Shown here: positions 27,001-36,862 of the stretch, one piece after another
Numbering within the stretch: position 1 is the stretch's first letter
Layout: the number at the start of each line of letters is the position of its first letter
Source: Tubiluchus corallicola
Lineage: Eukaryota > Animalia > Priapulida
Direction of reading: 5' to 3'
Assembly: GCA_030141605.1 (NCBI GenBank)
Contig: JAQGDQ010000060.1
Span: 496,001 to 560,000, forward strand
DNA length: 64,000 nt
Translations under genes and position numbers: made by a program
The notes under the pieces: generated by a model
What the model was told of the DNA's origin: nothing
What the model saw: only the letters and a program-made list of their open reading frames with translations
Databases searched by the model: none

Positions 27001-28321
27001 ATGATACACACTGTGCCTTCTCTTGAGGGGTAGCCATTTTTGTGGTTTCAACAATACCCTTCTATCAACAGGAGACTTACATAAAATGCAAAATTTCAAT
27101 GTGATATCAAACTTAAATAAACACTGAATAAAACAAAACAAATCTGTTAAGATATCTTGTCAACTGCCTTTGTAATAAATTTTTAAAATTGTAAAGAGAC
27201 TATAGACACCCTGTATAGCATTCAACATATGTCCACATTTTGCTGGATAGGTAATCTTGGCACTAAATAAATTTCGCTTAAGTAATGGGTCATCCGCATT
27301 GCAGTGTATTATGAACTTGCTTTTAAGATATATGCCTATTACAATAAAACACAACGAATATTACCTAGGTATATGTAGGTAAAATATATTTATTAAAGCA
27401 GGAAGTCTATGTCCCAGAATTTAGATCTCATTTGAGGCCTCCAAAATGTGCTTAAATAAAGGAAAATGCGTTGGTGGAGTCGAGCTTACAGCGCTCCCCC
27501 GACCCTCTAGCTGCTGGTGCGTCCAATTCTTTAACCACTGGCGGCACCTATGCCAAATATTGAGGCCTCCATGACGAAGATAAGCAGGAATTGCATTACC
27601 AGTATACATATTCAAACATTTTTGTGTATGGACATTCATACATATACTGATGTATAATGTGTCGGCCAATCATTACTTTTGGAGCAGAAATTGAAACTGG
27701 GAACCTGCCATAGCAAAATTTCATTTGAACACGAATCACTGAAAAATATGAAATATGTTTGGAAAAATATCGATTCACGGTGATTATTTTTGCAACCCTT
27801 TCCAATTTCCCTGACTTTATGCACCATTTTCATCATTTTCCTTGACTTTTTACCAAATTATCCTTTTCCCTGACTTTCCAGGATAGCATGTATTTTCTAG
27901 GATTTTCCCTGATCATGGGAACCCTGAGAAGAGAATCAGGACTTCCTTAGTGGCATTTTTTACCAAATTATCCTTTTCCCTGACTTTCCAGGATAGCCTG
28001 TATTTTCTAGGATTTTCCCTGATCATGGGAACCCTGAGAAGAGAATCAGGACTTCCTTAGTGACATTTCTGGGTGTTTTTTACATAAAAAATTTGCAACT
28101 GAATGACTGTTGCTCTTTAGCAGACAGTTATGTGTATTTCTGTTGACTTGCAATTTCTTATTGGTAGGTTTCTTGAAGAAATGACGAATCTGAAATTCAT
28201 AGACGTATCGTTCTGTGGACAGGTCGACTTTGCTTGCGCTTACGACTGGCGTAAGCAGTTCCCTCGAGTGGACATCAAGAAAAGCTTTCAGAGTCACGTT
28301 ATCAATTCTAAATTGTTATGA
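2899..28321 (+). CDS. FBXL4: F-box/LRR-repeat protein 4, 12 coding exons, 572 aa from the ATG at 2899
   Basis: Exons 2899-3072, 3553-3643, 5531-5651, 11564-11656, 12451-12655, 15593-15733, 17532-17638, 18271-18380, 20918-21047, 22739-22939, 26283-26474, 28168-28321. All introns are GT-AG, phases are consistent, total 1719 nt. Motifs [15 protein letters not shown]...[19 protein letters not shown], an F-box, LRRs and the C-terminal DVSFC...[11 protein letters not shown] match FBXL4. Confidence 0.93.
3553..3643 (+). CDS. FBXL4: FBXL4 coding exon 2
   Basis: cag|[30 protein letters not shown]|gtaagt. Confidence 0.9.
3976..4640. mobile_element. Probable old MITE with imperfect TIRs
   Basis: AATTGACGTCTAACATAATG near 3976 versus CAATATGTTTGACGTCAATT near 4621-4640, plus an internal inverted pair TTCGGGACA/TGTCCCGAA. 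Ends are approximate. Confidence 0.45.
4918..5240 (-). mobile_element. Solo LTR
   Basis: TGTTGTG...CACAACA termini with an exact 5-bp TSD GATAT. On the - strand a TATA-like motif precedes AATAAA. Relatives lie at 23362-23686 and 24061-24407. Confidence 0.8.
5531..5651 (+). CDS. FBXL4: FBXL4 coding exon 3
   Basis: tag|(D)[39 protein letters not shown](R)|gtaatt. Confidence 0.88.
5735..5975 (+). mobile_element. 3' fragment of a LINE family, copy of about 9400-9750
   Basis: Shares long blocks with 9400-9750, e.g. TTTCATTGCATTTTCATC and TTACTTACACCCTAATTTTACC. Confidence 0.6.
6761..6957. repeat. Degenerate ~75-bp tandem repeat (about 2.5 copies) upstream of the pentraxin ORF
   Basis: Recurring ATTGTCCTAC(G/C)TAAGGG, TACTAAT and TTCCGACTTCTTAC blocks. 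Confidence 0.6.
7041..8108 (+). CDS. Secreted pentraxin-domain protein, 355 aa, single coding exon, nested in an FBXL4 intron
   Basis: Hydrophobic signal peptide ([14 protein letters not shown]) followed by a basic N-terminal region. Pentraxin motifs [38 protein letters not shown] and [33 protein letters not shown]. Confidence 0.88.
   Translation: MMRFACVHVVAIIIIIVFLANESVNGGKRFQKSKAAEKGYGGLPSLRGKKVRSRYDYQPQIKKHNQKKNTHVSDIETIKNAQLDCFDVEDVEKKVNFPDLSDTDYIKLDNVINRHLTAFTVGLWVYLPSSTLDEAETVSFLSYALPSTPEDNLDDAFWLGSTANLTSVGIYVNGGGLSNNTLAMDANIFDDDWHYITACYDSRDGSWAISIDGGEHEAEGTVDPSPGKLKGGGALVFGQDQDTVGGGFDASQSFKGMVTDIWMSSRKLTDDELNSPLTCKHTGDLFTWGDYRMSLVGNDLQEVESTCPFLEDATIRRVCSLPQHTFETLIDLVIKSAPKTRKNVHKKKINHDKFY
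8975..9750 (+). mobile_element. LINE 3' end (CR1/L2-group-like), degenerate
   Basis: The peptide [27 protein letters not shown] resembles the region C-terminal to the RT in these LINEs. The 3' part is duplicated at 5735-5975. Confidence 0.55.
10669..10985 (-). mobile_element. GC-rich non-autonomous retroposon (RTE-type SINE-like) with a (CAA)n tail
   Basis: Sharp GC-rich island with GTTGTTGTTGTTG at the left end, i.e. a (CAA)n tail on the - strand. No credible ORF. The family is assigned from recollection only. Confidence 0.5.
11564..11656 (+). CDS. FBXL4: FBXL4 coding exon 4
   Basis: cag|(R)[30 protein letters not shown](N)|gtgagt. Confidence 0.88.
12033..12195. repeat. Imperfect (CA)n microsatellite
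   Basis: Visible CA runs, which explain the HT/VC-rich ORFs in this region. Confidence 0.95.
12451..12655 (+). CDS. FBXL4: FBXL4 coding exon 5
   Basis: cag|[24 protein letters not shown]...NGAFAVLP|gtaagc. Confidence 0.9.
12671..13399. mobile_element. Tc1/mariner (pogo/Tigger-like) MITE, family A
   Basis: TA|CAGTAAGTCCTCGCTTAATG...CATTAAGAGAGGACTTGCTG|TA. Relatives lie at 18505-19222 and 19852-20765. Confidence 0.85.
13511..13930. repeat. Minisatellite, 70-bp unit x6
   Basis: Unit CATAA(C/T)ACAAC...GCTACAAGCACACGTATACAAAAGACTTGCATTTCATTTATTGACTGATGAA starts at 13511, 13581, 13651, 13721, 13791 and 13861. Confidence 0.95.
14137..14801. mobile_element. TTAA-flanked non-autonomous DNA transposon (Kolobok-like), family K
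   Basis: TTAA|AGCACCAGAAAA...TTTTATTGTCCT|TTAA. Copies lie at 28599-29076, 45603-46190 and 63850-64000. Confidence 0.75.
15593..15733 (+). CDS. FBXL4: FBXL4 coding exon 6 (F-box)
   Basis: cag|[47 protein letters not shown]|gtgaga. Confidence 0.92.
15873..16760. repeat. Minisatellite, ~49-bp unit, about 18 copies
   Basis: Unit CTCTGACATCGGTTTAACTCCTTCAGGACCGCACACTCCTCCTGAGCCA, with an internal TCAGGA/TCCTGA inverted pair. Confidence 0.95.
17532..17638 (+). CDS. FBXL4: FBXL4 coding exon 7
   Basis: tag|[35 protein letters not shown](R)|gtaatt. Confidence 0.88.
18271..18380 (+). CDS. FBXL4: FBXL4 coding exon 8
   Basis: cag|[36 protein letters not shown](E)|gtaggg. Confidence 0.9.
18505..19222. 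mobile_element. Tc1/mariner MITE, family A
   Basis: AGTCCTCGCTTAATG...CATTAAGCGAGGACTTACTG|TA. Confidence 0.8.
19852..20765. mobile_element. Tc1/mariner MITE, family A (inverted relative to 12671-13399)
   Basis: TA|CAGTAAGTCCTC...GCAAGGACTCACTG|TA. Internal blocks are reverse complements of the 12671 copy. Confidence 0.8.
20918..21047 (+). CDS. FBXL4: FBXL4 coding exon 9
   Basis: cag|[42 protein letters not shown](R)|gtacta. Confidence 0.88.
22160..22624. mobile_element. Tc1/mariner MITE, family B
   Basis: TA|CAGTCAACCTCGGGTATAAGG...CCTTATATCTGAGGTTAACTG|TA. An inverted copy lies at 33797-34245. Confidence 0.85.
22739..22939 (+). CDS. FBXL4: FBXL4 coding exon 10
   Basis: cag|[13 protein letters not shown]...[34 protein letters not shown](C)|gtaagg. 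Confidence 0.92.
23362..23686 (+). mobile_element. Solo LTR, diverged, same family as 4918-5240 in opposite orientation
   Basis: Reverse-complement similarity to 4918-5240 and 24061-24407 (TTTCTCTACGAGCCTTCCGA, GTTGTGGAATTCTC). Ends are approximate. Confidence 0.65.
24061..24407 (-). mobile_element. Solo LTR
   Basis: TGTTGTG...CACAACG with 5-bp TSD TATAC; homologous to 4918-5240. Confidence 0.8.
24523..25974 (-). mobile_element. Internally deleted hAT element with a frameshifted transposase N-terminus
   Basis: TIRs TATGGTTACCATA...TATGGTAACCGTA with an approximate 8-bp TSD. The - strand 24579-24859 encodes, across a frameshift, a zinc finger ECSTC...[18 protein letters not shown] followed by [11 protein letters not shown]. 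Confidence 0.75.
24974..25706. mobile_element. Mutator-like (MULE) MITE nested in the hAT element
   Basis: Perfect 33-bp TIR GGCGCTATTACACTTTCGCACCGCCTAGCTTTT with an exact 9-bp TSD CAAAATGGC (24965-24973, 25707-25715). Confidence 0.85.
26283..26474 (+). CDS. FBXL4: FBXL4 coding exon 11
   Basis: tag|[63 protein letters not shown](R)|gtaaag. Confidence 0.92.
26639..27213 (-). mobile_element. Internally deleted Tc1/mariner element with transposase remnants
   Basis: TA|CAGGGTGTCTATA...TATAGACACCCTG|TA with TIRs of about 70 bp. The - strand peptide joins an N-terminal HTH ([32 protein letters not shown]) directly to the C-terminal [22 protein letters not shown], so the DDD core is deleted. Confidence 0.88.
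27847..28062. repeat. 110-bp tandem duplication
   Basis: The block TTTTTACCAAATTATCC...GGACTTCCTTAGTG occurs at 27847 and 27957. Confidence 0.9.
28168..28321 (+). CDS. FBXL4: FBXL4 last coding exon
   Basis: tag|[50 protein letters not shown]. Confidence 0.92.
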
Positions 28322-28598
28322 TGTTGTGGACAATGAGGATATTGTTTGAAATCAAGTTAACTTATTTAAGCTACATCTAGTCAAGTTGTTAGAAGACACA
28401 GTTAGTTGTTTCTGGTGCCATGTTTGCACGAATTTGAAGCTTTCTGGAATCCTTGGTCAAATCAATGTAGATTACTCAAATCACTGTAGAAGAGCATCGT
28501 AAATCTTTCTTTTAATGATGTGCAAAGTTTAATTTTTTGTAAATCAAGTTGAATGCAACAGCTCACCATTAATTTTTTAAATACAGTTTGGGACTTAA

Positions 28599-29076
28599 AG
28601 CACAAGAAAACACTCTTTCATAAATAAAGCTTAGAAAATTTGCCTTGAAATTCTACATGACTTTCATGCTGTGTTATTGCTTACAGGGCTTGCATTAGCA
28701 GTAACACTGTATAACAATTGTAAATTTAAACTCCCACGATTACTTTGTCATTTGTTACAAGTTTAGATAACACTGCGTTAAGTTTGAAAAATAATTGGAG
28801 CATTTGTAGCACACACATCACTAACTACGCAAAAGTTTAAATTACTTTATTTTGTCAGTAAGATCAATAATGTGTTTTTCTTGAATTAGTTATGCACACT
28901 GGGCTGCTGATCCAGTAACGTTTTACCAGGTGGCGGTATATGTTAAATAGTATTAAGAATTTTCTTTTCCAATTACTTAAGTCTTTCAAACAGATAAATG
29001 TAGGGTACAACGCTTAAGTAATATAACTTTACAAAGTTTTTTTTGGGATACATTTTAAAATTTCATTTTTTCCCTT
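28599..29076. mobile_element. Kolobok-like family K copy downstream of the FBXL4 stop
   Basis: TTAA|AGCACAAGAAAA start; collinear with 14137-14801. The right end is approximate. Confidence 0.65.
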
Positions 29077-29355
29077 TGAACAGACCAGTTGGCTAGCCGC
29101 CTTGTCTCAACTGCTGGTTGTTTATATCACGAACGTGCTGTGTAAACGTGTCACTTTTACTGTTTACGGCCATTAATGCACTACCATTGTGTGTCCAGTC
29201 TGTGCAGTTCATAAATTTTATGTTTAGCCTGGAGTTAATAAAGTCGTGTAGCATGTGGAACATGCTGTCAATAAAGTGTGTACACCAAGTAATTTCACTT
29301 GCAAATTGTAGATCTGAACAGGCTCAAAAATAAAATGTATAATAAAATCTATGCA

Positions 29356-29815
29356 TGGGGCCGTCTTAATGCATGGGCATGCTCTGCAATTGCCCAGGGC
29401 CTCACGCTAGGCTATATACGTTGTGGCTTGCTGTCAATAAATAAATACCGTAATATACTATACTAAACTATTAATATTTCTTGTGTTACAAGTGGACATT
29501 GGCATTCTGATTTAGTATCGTGGTCGCCTCTTCAACTACAGGTGTATGTATGTATGGATCTTACGCATTGCATAATGTAACACAAACATTTTTTGCATTT
29601 TTCAAGGCTCATGTTATAATATTTAAACGTTTGCGTTGATTAATCTTTGTTATACAGCATGTTTTTAAAATGCCGATTTTGTTGAAAGTACGAATACAAT
29701 AATTATGTGTAATTTTATCGACCATTTGCAATTTTATTACTGCAAGTGGTTGTGTAGGCGAAGACCTCAGTGCACTGCTTTGCCCGGGGGACTATAATGC
29801 TGTTAAGACAGTCTG
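29356..29815. mobile_element. Degenerate hAT-like MITE
   Basis: Imperfect TIRs GGGCCGTCTTAA...TTAAGACAGTCT. Confidence 0.45.
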
Positions 29816-30025
29816 GCTTATACATACATTAGGTTTATACGTCAAAATAACTTAAGTTTTTGTGGTGAACTTGGCTAAATCATCGTTGCAAAGTCGATTA
29901 ATTATAATTATGAATATACTTTTATGTTGAAAAGTTACTGACTGAATGACATTAATGCATAACAATGGAGTTTCTAAGCTGTATATTTATTGTTTTAAAC
30001 AGTCTGTTAATGTTGTGTTGAACTA

Positions 30026-30455
30026 CAGTCAAACCTCATTACACTGCCCCTCCCCCTCTCCGCCCATTGTACCCTCACTAGTCATACCCAAATCTTGTGG
30101 CTCTTTTCTAATAATCATCCAAGCAAATCCCAGCAAGAAATTTGTAATAACCTGTTCACATATGCAATGTACATGTTTAGTGAACCAGAATGTCTACAGT
30201 GTATTACGTACATGATACATTTATTTAAACAAAAAGTTCTTGATAAAGTTGAATTCACAGATGATTACTTTAAAAAATTTTCTTTTATTCCATTAACTTT
30301 TAGAGTGAAAATTAAGGCCTCAATTCCGTGTACCCTTGTCCGACTGCTTTGTGATTCGTCTACAGCGAAAGTTAACTCACCTTGTTATAACGCCATACTA
30401 ACTATAATGCCAACTTTTCTCAGGTCCCAAAGTGAGGGGTATAGAGGTTTGACTG
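30026..30455. mobile_element. Tc1/mariner MITE
   Basis: TA|CAGTCAAACCTC...GAGGTTTGACTG|TA. Confidence 0.8.
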
Positions 30456-30462
30456 TATGTTG

Positions 30463-30914
30463 CAAGGGCGGATACAGGCTTTAGAAAAAGGGTGGGCCAA
30501 AGAAATAGCAGCTGGGGCGTCTGGCGAGTCCCGGCTACCAATGCATTTTACTGCATTTTAGACCATTTTTCTTACTATTTCCTCAAGCAAATTCAATAGT
30601 TTAAAACTCATTATGTCACCTCAAACTTTTGACTCTTAATTACACACCAGTACACTAGTAATACACGCTAGTATAGCATATAATTGCGCACAGCGACATC
30701 TTTGCCAAAAACTTCAATTATCACTTAAAGGGCACAAACGTTTTTACACTGAAATCATTAATGCAGAACTTTTTTACTCCATATAAGTCATTAAAAGCTA
30801 CCACTAAACGTTCTAAAACTTATAATCCAGAGAAAATATTCACTTGGTATGCTGTAACTGTTTCTATGAAATGGGTGCCAGGCCTCTTGGGCCCACCCAC
30901 TAAATCCGCCACTG
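30463..30914. mobile_element. hAT-like MITE
   Basis: Imperfect TIRs CAAGGGCGGAT...ATCCGCCACTG. Confidence 0.5.
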
Positions 30915-31309
30915 TATCGTAACTAAGAATGCTGTATTGAATAAAGCTGCACTGTACAATAAATGTAGCAATGGAAATTCATCGTACCCAACAATTGATA
31001 TGTTTATTAATGTGTTCAGTTTGAGATATAAATAGGAATGTTATTTTTTAAGAAATATCTGCAGTTTGTTACTATAATCAATGCTTTGCTGATAAATGTG
31101 AATGTTTTTTACCAATAATGCAGTTTGTTTACGTAAAGGGGCAGTTTTCATTTTGGATATTACGGCTATATGTTTTTTTTAACAATAATGCAGTTTGTTT
31201 AGATAAAGGGGCAGTTTTAATTTTGGACATTACGGCATATATACAGTTTGCGTGTTAACAGTATGGACATTAACCTGGCATATGCAATTGCTGCATTGAT
31301 TTACCTTAA

Positions 31310-31772
31310 AGGAAAGGGCATGTCACTTAGTGCGTTGGGTTTATTTTACTACTATCACGTAAACATAGAAAAATATAATATAAGCGTTGCAAAAAACTGT
31401 CTATAGAAGCTTAAAGTTAACAGAAATTTTCAGGTGCGGTGGTAGCCGCCATTTACTTCAAAACTGTGACGTAACTGGTGGCTTTGTGATTGTATCGTGG
31501 TTTTCAGTTTCAAACGTCTACAGCTTATCTAGTATCCATGTAGAGATATCATAAAATTAGCTGTCTAAGTTTGGTTAAAACTTGCTAGATATCTTAGTAC
31601 AAATTGACGTGGGCTGCTGAACAAAAAAACGGCATTCAAAATGAAAGCGCCTGGGTGTGAAATGATTGCAGCTTTTTACTAATCACAAGAGACACTTCTA
31701 TTACTAAAACTTGCTGATATTTTTCACGAATGTTGAAATGAGCTTAACTTCTCAGGCAGCTTAGCCTTTCCT
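31310..31772. mobile_element. TTAA-flanked Kolobok-like MITE, second family
   Basis: TTAA|AGGAAAGG...CCTTTCCT|TTAA. Confidence 0.7.
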
Positions 31773-32099
31773 TTAAAGCAGCAATACAGCTTACAGGTGC
31801 CCACTGTTAATTGATAACCATGTAAGCCTTTGTTTGCAAGTTGAATTATGATGTCCAAAGAAAATAGGATGAACTGTAATGCAGTTCAAAGTCACGGCTG
31901 TCAGTTGGAAACAAAATCAGACAGAAACATTCAAAACGCTAAGTCTCAGTCTAGGAGCATCAGTTTTTACAATCGTTAAACAGATGCAAAACTATAATAC
32001 CGTATAGAAACAGTAAATGCTACCGAAAAAACAACAAATAAGAGTAGCAAACAGCTAAACATTAATAACCCTTTCGATTTCTGGTATAAAAGCTGGCAT

Positions 32100-32205
32100 C
32101 ACTGATAATATTTAATACTTTTATTAAAGAAACAAAACGTTTCGTATAGCTACAAATACTTTTATAGAATATCTCTCTTCCTCCTGGGCTGGTCGTGGAC
32201 GGTAG
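32100..32205 (-). other. Candidate distal terminal exon of TRA2
   Basis: Acceptor TGATTGCAG (AG at 32206-32207), a GC-richer start, and AATAAA on the - strand at 32120-32125. Confidence 0.4.
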
Positions 32206-32939
32206 CTGCAATCACATCGCAGCTAATTGTGTTACTTCCAAAGATTTCCCTTATTACTTCAGTATATGATCATATAAATTGTTGAAGATTTTGACTTACA
32301 GTTGTTTACAATTGACAATGTTGGGAGCACCTCATGAAAAGTTTCAATTTCATCAATTTTATTTTCTGTGGAAGAATATTAGTTACAATTTCATACACCA
32401 ATCTTCTCATTACTGTGCATTTCCGGTTTGTACAGGAACTAAATTAATAACCTGTTTTTTTGATCTGTCGCTTTACCAAAAAAAATTCAACTGGATAGTC
32501 ATAGCAGTCTCGACGTTTAGCTATACCTATAGAATGTAATTGCTAGCTTTACAAAAGATCATTACGTGCCAAACGCATCATGAATGAACGCAATCCAAAT
32601 ATCAGCAAACAATTACAGAAAGTTAACGAAACAGCATTACCGTCTAACGTAGTAATCTTCTTACTAAAAATTCCAATGCACATGTGCTGCAAACATCCCT
32701 ATAATAAGTTAAAACGCATTATACACAGATGATGTGAATTAAATCAGGGCAAAATCAAAAAGACAAGATGAACATTAGTACAAATACAAATGCAAACTAG
32801 CCTAATTCTAGTAAAGTAGACATTACTTTCTTCTACTTCAAGGTCTCATTATGTCTGTTACAGGCATTTGAGGCACTACCAATTATTACAGCAGTCTGCC
32901 CACCCCTATCTGCAGCTAACAGCGTAAGTTCTTCTACTC

Positions 32940-33215
32940 CCAAAGATAGATTTGGTTGAAGTTGTTGAACATCTTTATTTACCTTATCTATACAAGTTGT
33001 TTTTGGTTTGCCAGGTGGGTTTTTGCAAGGCTTTTGAGGTTTCCTTTAAGGGAAATTTTACTGGTGTTTCACTTGGTAATCTTAGAAGGTGTCCTAGCCA
33101 TCCTAATCTTCGGAACCTGACTTCGAACTCCAAGGAACTTCCTTTGTTCTGGTGCATAAAACGTCATTTTTGATTATGTATGGCCATCTTATCTTTAAGA
33201 CTTTCTTTAGAAGTC
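32940..33215 (-). mobile_element. LINE RT C-terminal fragment, same family as 240-1212
   Basis: The - strand reads VRFRRLGWLGHLLRLPSETPVKFPLKETS, homologous to IKIRRFRWVGHLMRLPETTPVRLALNEIS. Confidence 0.7.
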
Positions 33216-33796
33216 TATGAAGACTACAATTATATTAGCAGAAATGTAAATATTCAATAAAAAATATATAGTGCATGAAGTTTCTTGTGATTCGCTGTTC
33301 TCTACCAGTGAACTTGCAAACAATTCTAAATGAAAGTGCATTCAGACTAACGAGTTTTCTCTTGAGAGTTGTCTGCAAATCTCTCGGAGTTTGGAATAAC
33401 TTCCCGAGAGAACTCTCAAAGAGAATTCCCTAATCTGGAAGCCGTAAGAGAAATAAGCAAGAAATTACCAAACTACAGACTTTAGTTGCTAAAACATGCT
33501 TACTCTGCAGACTGCTCAACGTATGAAGTCTTTGTCGGATACTCTGCAATGCGGACAAAAGCTGGCGACCAATGCAACACCAAGCACTAATCCCAAGGTC
33601 TCCGGTTCAAATCCGGCTCTGTCATATCGGTTTTCTTTCTTCTTTCTCCTTGAGAAACTCACATACAATAATAACTGTGTTAAATTTCTTTCCCACTTCC
33701 TAAATCATCACCATAAAAATTTTATCAGATCTGATTTGGATCATAGAGTACCTACTTCTCCCCGATACTTTCAATAATGAAATCGATTTTTTAATA

Positions 33797-34245
33797 CAGT
33801 CAACCTCGGACATAAGGGACACCTCCGGACCGGACAAAAACGTCCCTTATAGCCGAAGTTGAGTCAGACCGAGGGTGTATCTAGACCTGTACTTTTAACC
33901 ATATTTTTATGGATTATTGCTACACATTCCGTGCAAACGGTATGTAGGAAGTTCCTTCAGTGATGCGAGATGTATGTGACTGCGAAAACCGCTCTGTGCG
34001 AAGGCCGAGTTTACGAAAAATTGAGCTTAAAAATCGATCAATTTCGCTTTGATCATAGAGCCCTTATATGCGAGGTAATTTACCTGGGTTTCTATTGACC
34101 TGAAGATATCGTCCCTTATAACCGAAAGTCCCTTATATCCAAGTACCTTATATACGGAGATTTTTATAAGGAAAAACGTTATGAAAAATCAGGACCAATG
34201 TTGGTGATCCCTTATAAGCGAGTACTTTATACCCGATGTTGACTG
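33797..34245. mobile_element. Tc1/mariner MITE, family B (inverted copy of 22160-22624)
   Basis: TA|CAGTCAACCTCGGA...CCGATGTTGACTG|TA. Confidence 0.85.
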
Positions 34246-34463
34246 TACAGGAAACACGAAATCTAATCCACCGTTCCTTGCCCCACTCATCAAATTGTTT
34301 TTTTTGTTATCTATTAATTTGAATTGTTATTCGTCAAACACGGCTGATAACATGCATTCCAGGTAAGATAGCAATGGAAGTAAAACTGGAAGACACGAAT
34401 CAGCGTGAATGATTTGCAAAAACCTATTAACTATAGCAAATCTATTAAAACTGTTAAACTCAC

Positions 34464-34496
34464 CTGACGGCATGCGAGTGTCACAAAAGATGACAT
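34464..34496 (-). other. Candidate 33-nt exon in the TRA2 3' region
   Basis: cag|ATGTCATCTTTTGTGACACTCGCATGCCGTCAG|gtgagt. The donor is consensus; the pyrimidine tract is weak. Confidence 0.4.
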
Positions 34497-36034
34497 CTGT
34501 CGTGTTAATATAACCATTTTACGCAAAATACAACAGTAATAATGTATTTTTTCTATTTGCATCAATCGTACTTTACTAAACTCGTATTAAACTTAAGACC
34601 TAGGCTAGTTCTTAACTGTATCTTTCCTTGGAATGGTAACATGGGGTCCATCCTTACTTAAAAGGACATTTGTGGAAGATAAATACGTGAAAGTAGTTTT
34701 AAGATATCTAGCGCTTACAAGTACTGTTAAAAATGGTGGCAAATGACTATGCTCTGACAACCAGTTGGCAAACAGCATAAAACTTTCCAACTAAGAATGA
34801 AACTTACTTGTTATTCATACGTTTAACGAAAACATCACACATTTTTAGAACAAACAGTATCAGACACGTTTTTTTAGAAAATTTACTGTGGGGATAACAA
34901 ATTAAATCTAATAATAACAATTCTTACAAGTTCAAAAAATTGTATGTGGCTTATAAAACAAAAGGGAATTCACTCTGTCGCATACAAATACGCAACAACA
35001 CTTAGCTAGGAAGGTATAAAGGCACGTTCGGTCACCCAGTCCTGTGTAGTAAACAAAATCCATCACTCTTCCTGTATTCTGAAGATTATTTCATATTTTT
35101 GTACAACTACACAAATGAGGAAGTAGAGATTTTGCAAGTATGGCCCAATCAAGGTTTCAGCAATTCCACAACCGAGACCTAACACAGACATCGCCATTTT
35201 CAGTCAATACTTTCAGCAGAAACGACTTTTAGTAAAAAAACTCGGTCAAAGAAAAACTTCTAAAAATTCTAGAAATACGAAAGTGTTCCTATTTATTTTG
35301 CACCCGTCTATGTGACTTCTAAAGAAACCGTCTAGAAACTGTCAACGATAATCAAACGCCATTTTCTGTTAAGAAACTTTCCATCTTAACTCATCTGTTA
35401 CACTGAGGATGAAGAACTAGTGGAGCACAGCATCAAAAATTGGACCCAAACTCTTTACCATGTGGACACACAAAGCCTTTAATAAGTGAGGTTATAGTAA
35501 GACATCATTATTAGTTGATAACCCTTCTCTTAATATCAGATACTTCCGATTTGTTTGTATTAAACTATATAAAAACTATAGATTACAAACTGTTTGTCAA
35601 ACTCTCAAGAACTTATCATGCAAAACTCTTAATGCTTATCAAACCAGCATGCTTATTGTAAATGTACTCATACTCCAAACGGATAATATTATTTGCAGTC
35701 CACACTATTAATGAACTCTTTGTTAGACTGGGATAGTTTATTAGTACCACTAATTGATCTTACAGGGCCAAAAATTAACCATGCATCACTGCAACTGTAA
35801 GTTGGATCCAAAATGCATCATCGCCGTTCAAGTTAGTTTCACATTTCTGCCCCGGGGGGCAGCACAACAGCTAATGACTGGCTGCGTTAGTAAAATCCAC
35901 AAGGAAAGATGCGGAACTGTTCGCAAAATCGAACAGCAATTGTAAGGACAGTGAGAGAGGTAACAGAGGAATTCACACAACAACATTCGTCAATCCCGCT
36001 TCTAGACTGAAGGACAAGTAATGTTTTACCATAC

Positions 36035-36181
36035 CACATATAAGTCTCATCAATTCTTCAAAAAACTTCCCAAATTCATCTACTTCTTTTTTCATTTTCT
36101 TTTCTTCAAAACCCCGTCTCTATTTCATTTTCTTTCTTCATTCTAACCTTTCGTGTTTTCAATTTCCTTTCTTCTATTATC
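36035..36181 (-). other. Candidate AGAA-rich alternative or 3'UTR exon of TRA2
   Basis: Acceptor TTTCTTTGTTTTAAAG, about 9 AGAA motifs in 147 nt, and possible donors GTATGG (36034) or GTAAAA (36029). Confidence 0.5.
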
Positions 36182-36862
36182 CTTTAAAACAAAGAAATGC
36201 CATTAAAACGTGACATACTGAAATAGTTCGCTATCACTATACTCGCACGTTTATTTCAACAAATTACAGTCAATCAAACACATATTAGATTATCAACACA
36301 ACAGGATAAAACTACCAGATGGAACAAATCCATAAATCCACCACCTACATCAAGATTTTTATCGTCAAAAATATTCAGTGGTACATTAAAACCTCAAAAG
36401 ACGGTTAACGTTAATGAACTTACATAAAATATCATACTGCTGACAGAAAAGATTAACTGAAATGACTACAAAGAAATGCAGATTCAAAATGAACTGCTTA
36501 CTAAATACGTTCGAGTAAATACAGCATGTACACAAGTTAATGCTTCTTTAATTTGTGCTTAGAATATTTTTACGCAATAAACAAAAATGGAAAATGCAGT
36601 TTAACAAAGCAAATTAATGACGCAAAGTTGCCAAATAATCATAGAAGCTGTTTTTGTAAACAAAAATTATAGAAAAGAATGAAAATAAGGATATTTAGGT
36701 AATAAATTAACATATTTTCTCATACTAATCAAAATTCCAAATGCCTAAAAATTGAAAAGGCGTGTTTACGTCAAAATTTTATCATAACACTGTCACAGGT
36801 AAGTTCTATGATTACTGTGCAACAAAACTACATTCAACTGTAATTTATACATATTGTTGTAC

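Noticed and set aside
33575-33630. tRNA-like B box GGTTCAAATCC
   Set aside because: No cloverleaf or acceptor stem; at most the head of a tRNA-derived SINE.
35185-35370. Two CGCCATTTT (YY1-like) motifs as a promoter
   Set aside because: No downstream gene is visible in either direction and the motif is short; insufficient evidence.
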